Assembly (NCBI GenBank): GCA_963845185.1
Contig: CAWJRG010000003.1
Span: 1-16,900, forward strand
DNA: 16,900 nucleotides
Reading direction: 5' to 3'
Origin: an uncultured bacterium
GTDB lineage: Bacteria; Oederibacteriota; PGYV01; CAWJRG01
Shown: positions 1 to 6,666 of the stretch, piece after piece
Layout: each line of letters begins with the position of its first letter
Position numbering within the stretch: the stretch's first letter is position 1
Notes under the pieces: generated by a model
What the model was told of the DNA's origin: nothing
The model's input: only the letters and a program-made list of their open reading frames with translations
Databases searched by the model: none
Position numbers and translations under genes: made by a program

Positions 1-1418
1 ACGGTGCCTGTCGGTACCGGCGTGCGTGTGAAAGTTGGCGTATAAGTGCGTGAAACAACCGGCGTGTTTGTTGGCGTGCCGACGGACACGGCAGCGACAA
101 AACTGACTATGCTTTGGCTTGGCAGCGTATAGGTAAAGCTTCCGCTGCTTACGGCCACGGACGTCTGTTGCACCAGGTTATTGCCCGAGTCCGTGAGCCA
201 TGGATAGACCGTGGAGACGCTTAAATCGGCAAAACTCACGGGCTGGCTCACCGTGGAGGAGTTGCTGTTGATGGCCACGACTACGACCTTTCCCGCGGAC
301 GAGCCGTAGTAAGCCGAGACCAGAACCCCGGAGGATGGCGCCTCGGTGCAGCCAATGCGCACGAAGCCCGGACGAATGAACTTGCTGTAATTGCCCAGGG
401 CATAGAGCCTCTTTGTCGGGTTGGCGCTGCTGTCGCAAAGCCCCTCGTCGTCGGAGTTCAGGTTGACCAGCCACCAATAGCAAAAGGCGTTGAAATTGTT
501 GTCCACGATGCATTTGTGAAGCAGATTATCGTAGTATATCCCGCTGTCTATGTTGTTATCGCTGGTTTTCTCCGAGATTTCCGTTTCCCAGCTCTCGACT
601 GCGTGTCCGGCAGTGGTGGCATAGCTGGACGGGATCGCGGTTGGGCCGCCGCCGTAAAGGTGCATGCCGATGACATTCACATATTTCGCCGCATTCGAGT
701 CGCCCATGGTGGTGGCGGACCCTGCCAGGTTGTCCGCGAAAGACTCAGGTATCATGATAATGTTTCCGAAGCCCGCAGCCGCAAGGTCCGGGCCCAGGTA
801 AGTCCCGACAAAAGTGTCTATGGCTGAGGCCGACCAAAGGCAGGAGTCGTAGCTGGTGTCATAGTCTGATTCGTTCTGGACCGAAATCGCGTATGGCGTA
901 AAGCCGTAGGTATTCTTGCAGGCCGTGGCAAAGCTTGTTAAGTATGCTGCATAGTTGGCGTAGTCCGAGGTGTTGATCTGGTTGGTGTTGGAGCCGGGAT
1001 TGAAGTTGCTGTTGCCGGTGTTGTTGCCGGTGGTGCTGTTGTTGTTCTTCCACTTCGCCGGCGGGCTCCACGGACTGGCGAAGACCTTGATGTTGGGGTT
1101 GATGGCCAGCGCCTGGGTCGCGAATGCGCATTGCGAGCCCCAGTTGGAGTTGCCTGAGTCGTCAATGCCGAGGCGGAGAATGGATAGCCCGGCATCACCG
1201 TTCACCTGGTTGGTGGGAGGCTGGCTGGAATCGTCCGCCCAGAAAGTGTTGGCGAGCGAGGATGAAAATGCGCTGTCCCATTGGCTGCTTGCGCCGAAAC
1301 CATCGATTGTCTGGTATGTTGTAGCTGAGGTAACAGTGCAGGTTCCGGCATATATTATTGATGACATAGTAAATGCAGTTATGCATAATAATATTTTAAT
1401 TACTTTGATTTTCCTCAT
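1..1418 (-). CDS. Secreted GH30 xylanase-like glycoside hydrolase (partial; continues into a Pro/Thr linker beyond the left edge)
   Basis: Absent from the ORF track because it has no stop in the window. Manual translation from ATG 1418 is open to base 1: signal peptide MRKIKVIKILLCITAFTMSSIIYA, then TYQTIDGFGAS, GLSILRLGI, FASPWSPPAKWK, ISVQNESDY (acid/base Glu), SWETEIS (nucleophile Glu), YALGNYSKFIRPGFVRI, FTYTLPSQSIVSFV and a TPTNTP linker. Confidence 0.93.
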   Translation of the reverse strand, partial: MRKIKVIKILLCITAFTMSSIIYAGTCTVTSATTYQTIDGFGASSQWDSAFSSSLANTFWADDSSQPPTNQVNGDAGLSILRLGIDDSGNSNWGSQCAFATQALAINPNIKVFASPWSPPAKWKNNNSTTGNNTGNSNFNPGSNTNQINTSDYANYAAYLTSFATACKNTYGFTPYAISVQNESDYDTSYDSCLWSASAIDTFVGTYLGPDLAAAGFGNIIMIPESFADNLAGSATTMGDSNAAKYVNVIGMHLYGGGPTAIPSSYATTAGHAVESWETEISEKTSDNNIDSGIYYDNLLHKCIVDNNFNAFCYWWLVNLNSDDEGLCDSSANPTKRLYALGNYSKFIRPGFVRIGCTEAPSSGVLVSAYYGSSAGKVVVVAINSNSSTVSQPVSFADLSVSTVYPWLTDSGNNLVQQTSVAVSSGSFTYTLPSQSIVSFVAAVSVGTPTNTPVVSRTYTPTFTRTPVPTGT

Positions 1419-1474
1419 GCTTAACCCCAATAATTAAATTTTAAAACCGTATTGTCTTACCTAAAAATTATTTT

Positions 1475-1488
1475 TATAAACGTTCATA
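1475..1488. promoter_or_regulatory. Putative LacI-family operator, auxiliary copy
   Basis: TATAAACGTTCATA, a one-mismatch variant of the TGAACGTTCA core, in the GH30 leader. Confidence 0.5.
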
Positions 1489-1537
1489 TTTTATAAAAAT
1501 TTTATCTATTAATCCATATTTTTGCTTTATTTCATTT

Positions 1538-1553
1538 ATATGAACGTTCAAAT
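1538..1553. promoter_or_regulatory. Putative LacI-family operator
   Basis: ATATGAACGTTCAAAT with the perfect palindrome TGAACGTTCA (1541-1550, central CG), just downstream of the predicted -10 box. Confidence 0.6.
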
Positions 1554-1564
1554 AGTTTGTTATA

Positions 1565-1593
1565 AGTATACATACTATTCCTTCATTTGTCAA
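1565..1593 (-). promoter_or_regulatory. Sigma70-type promoter of the GH30 gene
   Basis: Minus strand reads TTGACA (1593-1588), 17-nt spacer, TATACT (1570-1565). Confidence 0.8.
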
Positions 1594-1785
1594 GTAATTC
1601 GTTTAAAGAGGGATTTTTAGGCGTTTTTTCCACAGCAAATGGAAAGAATGTTTGCTGTCCATTATTATATTGAGGTTTAAAGACAAACGGTTGGTTATTT
1701 TTTCTCAGGTTTGATTATGCTTGTTTAGAAAATCCTCAATTTTTGTCCTGCTGCGGTAGAAACGTTTATATCGGGGGGTAAGAGG

Positions 1786-1926
1786 ATAAGTTCGTATATT
1801 GTATATTATACGAATATTTGGGTTTAGGGGATTTTCCCAATGTTTATCGTACAAATCTTTGGTTTAAAAGAATTTGTGCAGCATTTTATACGAAATTATA
1901 TTTGCATGATATATTTTGTATGAATT
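1786..1926. repeat. Left array of dif/lox/res-like palindromic sites (one strong, three degenerate)
   Basis: AGTTCGTATAT-TGTATA-TTATACGAATA at 1789-1816; related right arms at 1847-1857 (TCGTACAAATC), 1886-1896 (TTATACGAAAT) and 1916-1926 (TTGTATGAATT). Confidence 0.65.
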
Positions 1927-1939
1927 CTGCGGGAACCCC
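1902..1939 (-). mobile_element. Partial Tn3-family terminal inverted repeat (outer end at 1939, element to the left)
   Basis: Reverse complement begins GGGGTTCCCGCAGAATTC, like the outer 18 bp of Tn501/Tn1721-type IRs; the inner half is degenerate. Confidence 0.55.
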
Positions 1940-2014
1940 ATCATAAGCTTCTTTAAACTTCCGCCGATATAAAAAACGGCCGCATATTTTACCGTCCTGT
2001 CCTTTAATCATTTT

Positions 2015-2052
2015 GGGGTGGACGCAGAAAACGGACAATTCCGCAATACTTA
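2015..2052 (+). mobile_element. Tn3-family terminal inverted repeat (left end)
   Basis: GGGGTGGACGCAGAAAACGGACAATTCCGCA...; the first 15 bp are the exact inverse of 2873-2887, and CAGAAAACGGA is as in Tn21-type IRs. Confidence 0.7.
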
Positions 2053-2262
2053 TACAGACCGAAATTTTTTACCTTTCCTGTTATCACAATAAGTATTCAG
2101 GTCTTTTAACGAAAGGTCAAAATTTACCCCTTCAACAACAAGGTTTCTTCCATTAATAAGTTGATAACCCCCCCTGTTATTGTAATGTTGTTTATCGATG
2201 GCTTTACAAACACGTATTCCTCTTTTTCTAAGAAATCTTTTGATTGCAGACACTGTTCTCAT
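2050..2262 (-). CDS. Small basic hypothetical protein (70 aa)
   Basis: ORF with AAAGGA upstream of ATG; protein-like composition (NNRGGYQLINGRNLVVEGVNFDLSLKDL). Confidence 0.55.
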   Translation of the reverse strand: MRTVSAIKRFLRKRGIRVCKAIDKQHYNNRGGYQLINGRNLVVEGVNFDLSLKDLNTYCDNRKGKKFRSV

Positions 2263-2541
2263 TTTTAATATCCTTTACTTTTTTTTCTTTTAGGTATTCA
2301 CGCTTCTCCGGTTGCTTTCATAATCTCACTTTGCAGGGTTTATTAAAGAATTCATCCGCGCAAGCCTTCTTTTCTTCTAGTTGCGCTTCACTATTGCCCT
2401 CATTTTACGCTTCGAAATCATACTGTCCATAATATTACCACCTTTTTTTTTATTTTTATTTGCCTCTCATTAATTGTTTTTTATGTTGTTTTTTGCGTTT
2501 TTTAAATTCTTTTTTTTTCTTTTTCCATTCATTTTTATTTT

Positions 2542-2727
2542 TCATTTTTTTAACCTCATTTTCTTTTTAGTTTTTAACTTCCTTTGGTTTGTATCTGACA
2601 TTGATTTCACTTTTGTGGTAAAAAATTCACAGTTTATTTTAGGTTTTGTAATATTTATTCCACATGAATTAATATTTTCAAGTCTTGTTATTTTTTTATT
2701 ATTAAATATGCAGTTTTCGCATTTCAT
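2542..2727 (-). CDS. Small Cys/Lys-rich hypothetical protein (61 aa)
   Basis: ORF track; CxxC plus two further Cys and a basic tail; weak RBS. Confidence 0.35.
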   Translation of the reverse strand: MKCENCIFNNKKITRLENINSCGINITKPKINCEFFTTKVKSMSDTNQRKLKTKKKMRLKK

Positions 2728-2849
2728 TATCGCTGCTCACTTTCTCTTTAGTTTTTTACTTCCTGTAATTAGAGTTAGGAATCCCTTACCCGGGAAAAAA
2801 TAATGGCTCCATGGGGCGTATGCGAAGCCGTTTAGGGAGTATACAAATC

Positions 2850-2887
2850 CTTGGCGTACTATTTTTTCCAAATTCTGCGTCCACCCC
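2850..2887 (-). mobile_element. Tn3-family 38-bp terminal inverted repeat (right end A)
   Basis: Reverse complement GGGGTGGACGCAGAATTTGGAAAAAATAGTACGCCAAG; 31/38 to the Tn501-type IR as I recall it (GGGGGAACCGCAGAATTCGGAAAAAATCGTACGCTAAG). Confidence 0.85.
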
Positions 2888-2927
2888 TATAACGGCTGTA
2901 AAATCCGGATTATCTTAAATGCGGGCA

Positions 2928-2962
2928 AAAAGGCATAGAATCATAACGGTTCTATGCCTTTT
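2928..2962. terminator. Intrinsic terminator, probably bidirectional
   Basis: AAAAGGCATAGAA-9 nt-TTCTATGCCTTTT, a perfect 13-bp stem with A/T tails, 20 nt after the stop of the 30-aa ORF. Confidence 0.75.
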
Positions 2963-2981
2963 CAAAATCAAAACAACGTTT

Positions 2982-3074
2982 TTACTTCGCTTTTGCTGCA
3001 GGAGTTGTTCCTATCGCCTTAACTTTTACGGCTGCCTTTTTCGCTTTTTTGGCTTTCTTTATTATTTTTTTCAT
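2982..3074 (-). CDS. 30-aa Lys/Ala-rich basic peptide
   Basis: Manual translation MKKIIKKAKKAKKAAVKVKAIGTTPAAKAK*; strong RBS AAGGAGGT 7 nt upstream; followed by a terminator. Confidence 0.7.
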   Translation of the reverse strand: MKKIIKKAKKAKKAAVKVKAIGTTPAAKAK

Positions 3075-3246
3075 CTAAGTTACCTCCTTTCTTTTAAACA
3101 GATTCATGCACAATTTATTCTTGCGATTAATTGTTAATTAACTATCCACAACGGCATAATTAAGCGGATAAGTGTTGCCTTTTTCTTTAACTATCGTGTG
3201 GCTTACATCAGGCACGGATGATTATCTTATATCCCGTATTTCTTCT

Positions 3247-3366
3247 TTACTTCTTTTGCCATATATTTTTCACCTTCTTGTAAATTTCCTCTGCGAACTT
3301 TTTGATTTTCTCTTGGAATGCCTCAAGAGCAGGCTTGCCCTGCTGTTTTTTCACTTCTTCTGCCAT
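3247..3366 (-). CDS. 39-aa helical charged peptide, possibly a truncated DUF2934-like gene
   Basis: MAEEVKKQQGKPALEAFQEKIKKFAEEIYKKVKNIWQKK*; RBS AAGGATGGTGA; another frame continues MAKEVKKKYGI*. Confidence 0.5.
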   Translation of the reverse strand: MAEEVKKQQGKPALEAFQEKIKKFAEEIYKKVKNIWQKK

Positions 3367-3396
3367 GATTCTTTCACCATCCTTTCAATGAGATTT

Positions 3397-3434
3397 TTTA
3401 GCGTACTATTTTTTCCGAATTCTGCGTCAATCCC
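3397..3434 (-). mobile_element. Tn3-family 38-bp terminal inverted repeat (right end B)
   Basis: Reverse complement GGGATTGACGCAGAATTCGGAAAAAATAGTACGCTAAA; 3401-3434 is 31/34 identical to 2854-2887; 31/38 to the recalled Tn501-type IR. Confidence 0.85.
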
Positions 3435-3440
3435 AACGTA

Positions 3441-3668
3441 TCAGTCTGCCACGTTTATTTTTTTTATGTCAAACTCCGGGTATTTAAGCCTGCCTTTCAA
3501 AAACTCTTTCGTGGCAATATCGGTTGGTTTCAGTTTTCTGTCTTCGTCCTCGATTTCTTCCGGGTTTTCCCTTATGTATTTTGCCCGGCTCGAGACCGCC
3601 AGCACGGCAGCGTATTTGTTCGGAATTTTTTTCTCGATATCGTCTCTTGTAAATTCCATTTTTTTCAT
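3441..3668 (-). CDS. rpoZ: RNA polymerase omega subunit homologue
   Basis: 75 aa with omega-type motifs KIPNKYAAVLAVSSRAKYI and KPTDIATKEFLKGRL; RBS GGAGGT. Confidence 0.8.
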   Translation of the reverse strand: MKKMEFTRDDIEKKIPNKYAAVLAVSSRAKYIRENPEEIEDEDRKLKPTDIATKEFLKGRLKYPEFDIKKINVAD

Positions 3669-3811
3669 TTACCTTACCTCCAGTCTTGTGTTGTTGTTTT
3701 ATTTTTCACGCGCCACTATATCTTCAAGACGCACGACGCTTTTCTTTAAATATCTGTTTACAATAATATAATTATTACTTTTTTCATTCTTTAAAGCCTC
3801 CTTTAAACAAA

Positions 3812-4666
3812 CTACAAATACTCCGGTGTAAATTTTTGAATCCTGTTATTATTCATGTCTGTAACATACACGTTACCGCTGCTGTCTACTGCTAATCCAT
3901 TAGGATCATAAAACTGCCCGTTGTCGCTTCCTAAACTACCCCATTGAGTTATATATGTTCCTGTACTGCTAAATTTTTGTATTCTGTTATTATCCGTGTC
4001 TGTAACATAAACGCTTCCGCTGTTGTCTACTGCTACTCCTTCAAGATACTCAAACTGCCCGTTGCCGTCTCCAAAACCACCCCATTGTGTTATATAGTTC
4101 CCGGATGAATCGAATTTTTGTATTCTGTTATTAATCGAGTCCGCAACATAAACGTTTCCGCTGTTGTCTACTGCTACTCCAGAAGGACAATCAAATTGCC
4201 CGTTGTCGCTTCCTTTACTACCCCATTGTGTTATATATGTGCCTGTACTGTTAAATTTTTGTATTCTGTTATTATCCGTGTCTGTAACATAAACGTTACC
4301 GCTGCCGTCTACTGCTACTCCATAAGGAAGTTTAAACTGCCCGTTGCCGTCTCCAAAACCACCCCATTGTGTTATATAGTTCCCGGATGAATCGAATTTT
4401 TGTATTCTGTTATTATTCCAGTCTGCAACATACACGTTTCCGCTGCTGTCTACTGCTATTCCAACAGGAAGTTTAAACTGCCCGTTGCCGTCTCCAAAAC
4501 TACCCCATTGAGTTATATATGTTCCTATACTGCTAAATTTTCGTATTCTGCTATGCCTGTCTGAAACATACACATTACCGCTGCTGTCTACTGCTATTCC
4601 AGAAGGCCAAAAAAATTGCCCCTTGCCGTTTCCTTTAATACCCCATGAAGATAAATTTTTTTTCAT
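3812..4666 (-). CDS. NHL-repeat six-bladed beta-propeller protein
   Basis: Six ~47-aa repeats of the form GQFxxPxGVAVDSSGNVYVxDxxNNRIQKFxSxGxYITQWG; no signal peptide. Confidence 0.92.
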   Translation of the reverse strand: MKKNLSSWGIKGNGKGQFFWPSGIAVDSSGNVYVSDRHSRIRKFSSIGTYITQWGSFGDGNGQFKLPVGIAVDSSGNVYVADWNNNRIQKFDSSGNYITQWGGFGDGNGQFKLPYGVAVDGSGNVYVTDTDNNRIQKFNSTGTYITQWGSKGSDNGQFDCPSGVAVDNSGNVYVADSINNRIQKFDSSGNYITQWGGFGDGNGQFEYLEGVAVDNSGSVYVTDTDNNRIQKFSSTGTYITQWGSLGSDNGQFYDPNGLAVDSSGNVYVTDMNNNRIQKFTPEYL

Positions 4667-4675
4667 AGTTTCCGC

Positions 4676-4810
4676 CTACTTTGCCGTACTCTTTTTTTCC
4701 TTTTGTTTCGATTTTTCTGTCTGCTATAAAGTAATCATATAAGTTTTATAAACCAAAAAAATACCATCAATCCTGCCAACATATAATTATCCCCTGGATT
4801 ATTAACATTA
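4676..4810 (-). pseudogene. Degraded 3' fragment of the membrane-protein gene at 5739..6122
   Basis: Aligns with 5739-~5870 (shared tttttctgtctgctataaagtaatcatat and ataccatcaat), but has indels and lacks the 5' part. Confidence 0.75.
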
Positions 4811-4856
4811 CAATAATTTTTATAACCTGCTATTCAAACCAATATTTAACATTCAT

Positions 4857-5729
4857 CTATGGTTTAAATTTTTGTATTCTGTTATTACCCGCATCTGCAA
4901 CATACACGTCTCCACTGCTGTCTACTGCTACTCCTTCGGGTTGAATAAACTGCCCGTTGTCGGTTCCCATACTGCCCCATTGAGTTATATAGTTCCCGGA
5001 TGAATCGAATTTTTGTATTCTGTCATTACCATATTCTGCAACATACACGTTTTCGCTGCTGTCTACTGCTACTCCTTCGGGTTGAATAAACTGCCCGTTA
5101 CCGCTTCCACTAATACACCCAGGAGCACCCCATTGAGTTATATATGTGCCTGTACTGCTGAATTTCTGGATTCTGCTATTACTATCGTCTGAAACATACA
5201 CGTTACCGCTGCTGTCTACTGCTACTCCAGAAGGACAAAAAAACTGTCCGCTGCCGCTTCCTTTACTACCCCATTGAGTTATATATGCGCCTGTGCTGCT
5301 GAATTTTTGGATTCTGCTATTACCCTGGTCTGCAACATACACGTCTCCGCTGCTGTCTACTGCTACTCCAACAGGAAGTTTAAACTGCCCGTTGCCGCTT
5401 CCAGAACTACTCCATGAACCACCCCATTGAGTTATATATTTGCCTGTGCTGCTAAATACTTGGATTCTGTTATTATTCGTGTCTGAAACATACATGTTAC
5501 CACTGCTACCTATTGCTACTCCAACAGGTAAATTAAACTGCCCATTGCCGGTTCCTTTACTACCCCATTGAGTTATATATGCGCCTGTGCTGCTGAATTT
5601 CTGGATTCTGCTATTACCCTGGTCTGCAACATACACGTCTCCGCTGCTGTCTACTGCTACTCCTGCGGGAAAATTAAACTGCCCGTTGCCGGTTCCCATA
5701 CTACCCCATGAAGATGGATTTTCTTTCAT
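4857..5729 (-). CDS. NHL-repeat six-bladed beta-propeller protein (paralogue of 3812..4666)
   Basis: Six NHL repeats, with the same start context (GTAGGCGGAAACTATGAAA) as the other copy. Confidence 0.92.
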   Translation of the reverse strand: MKENPSSWGSMGTGNGQFNFPAGVAVDSSGDVYVADQGNSRIQKFSSTGAYITQWGSKGTGNGQFNLPVGVAIGSSGNMYVSDTNNNRIQVFSSTGKYITQWGGSWSSSGSGNGQFKLPVGVAVDSSGDVYVADQGNSRIQKFSSTGAYITQWGSKGSGSGQFFCPSGVAVDSSGNVYVSDDSNSRIQKFSSTGTYITQWGAPGCISGSGNGQFIQPEGVAVDSSENVYVAEYGNDRIQKFDSSGNYITQWGSMGTDNGQFIQPEGVAVDSSGDVYVADAGNNRIQKFKP

Positions 5730-5738
5730 AGTTTCCGC

Positions 5739-6122
5739 CTACTTTGCCGCACTTTCTTTTCCTTTTGTTTCAATTTTTCTGTCTGCTATAAAGTAATCAT
5801 ATAGGTTCCATAAACCCAAAAATACCATCAATACTGCCAACACATAATTATACCAGGGATAAGAAACATTAATATTGCCCCACCCAAATGCCGCGAATCC
5901 AAACAGCACAAGCGCCAATAAAAATTCATCGATTGCATTGATTAATTTTATTTTGGGAGACTTCGAGACAAAAGAAACAATACATACTATGATACTGGCT
6001 ATGCCTAGTGCAATTAATAAACAACCCACGACTGTATCGTGTATAATTAAAAAAACACCGGATAGTAAGATGCCTAGCCCAAATACACCAGTAAAAAATT
6101 TTGACATCAATGACTTAACCAT
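5739..6122 (-). CDS. Small integral membrane protein, about 4 TM helices
   Basis: Four hydrophobic segments; RBS AGGAGGT; 9 nt before the NHL gene start. Confidence 0.8.
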   Translation of the reverse strand: MVKSLMSKFFTGVFGLGILLSGVFLIIHDTVVGCLLIALGIASIIVCIVSFVSKSPKIKLINAIDEFLLALVLFGFAAFGWGNINVSYPWYNYVLAVLMVFLGLWNLYDYFIADRKIETKGKESAAK

Positions 6123-6456
6123 TTGTATACCTCCTAAATTATATTACTCGAAAATTTTCTCGATTTTGCCGGCAAAACGCGAAGGAGTTATGTACAACCG
6201 GCCTAGAATTTACCGCTCTTTTCTTTTCCAAAAAAAACCCCATTATATTTTAAACTATATACCGCAGACAGTTATTCAGATAGACCTTTATTCCGCTTTT
6301 TATGGCCTTTAATCGCAGGAAAAACAGGTGTTAAAACGAATGTAAAACGGATCAGAATTGCCGTATTTACTTCCCGGGAGGACAGCACATTTTTGTGAAT
6401 CTTGTTATTCGTGTTCCTGAGAATCCATATATGATTTTAAATTATCAAATGAAAAT

Positions 6457-6660
6457 GTGGAGCCTCCCGCCCCTACGGCAGGCGGGGATTTTCGCGGAGC
6501 GGGATTAATATATTTTTTAAATTAACCTTACTCTATGCTTTTGCCATAGTGGAACCCCGCCGACAGGAGTCGGGGGCTCCTTTAAAAACCACCGGAGGTT
6601 ATTATAAGTTCCCTCCGGAAAGGTTTAATTCATCCTCCAGCCAAAGCCGGGGGATTTCTT
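6457..6660. mobile_element. GC-rich multi-hairpin element resembling IS200/IS605 ends (non-autonomous remnant)
   Basis: Four hairpins at 6465-6488, 6551-6580, 6592-6618 and 6632-6655. On the minus strand it starts AGAAATCCCCCGGCTTTGGCTGGAGGATGAA, and two hairpins are each followed by TCCAC. Confidence 0.5.
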
Positions 6661-6666
6661 TCTAGA

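Noticed and set aside
178..1437. Six short ORFs on both strands in the ORF track
   Set aside because: Shadow frames of the GC-rich GH30 gene, which is open from 1418 to the window edge.
1789..1816. The chromosomal dif site at the replication terminus
   Set aside because: No canonical XerD arm (TTATGTTAAAT), multiple copies, and no switch in gene orientation across the window; not fully excluded.
1786..1819. Engineered loxP or vector contamination
   Set aside because: Seven mismatches to loxP, several diverged natural-looking copies, and no vector sequence nearby.
1786..1926. CRISPR array
   Set aside because: The units are degenerate, unevenly spaced (30-44 bp) and lack unique spacers; no cas genes are present.
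3142..3150. DnaA-box-like CTATCCACA
   Set aside because: A single imperfect box with no cluster or origin context.
3400..3430. Sigma70 promoter TTGACG...TACGCT
   Set aside because: The spacer is 19 bp and the sequence is better explained as a Tn3-type IR.
2244..3771. Phe/Leu-rich plus-strand ORFs (2244..2432, 2474..2803, 2919..3137, 3172..3771)
   Set aside because: Antisense to A-rich minus-strand ORFs that have better ribosome-binding sites.
3812..5729. Diversity-generating retroelement acting on the NHL repeats
   Set aside because: No reverse transcriptase or non-coding template repeat is visible, and differences are not confined to adenines.
6150..6177. Adjacent palindromes GAAAATTTTC and TTTTGCCGGCAAAA
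   Set aside because: Single occurrences; a possible operator but with no supporting evidence.
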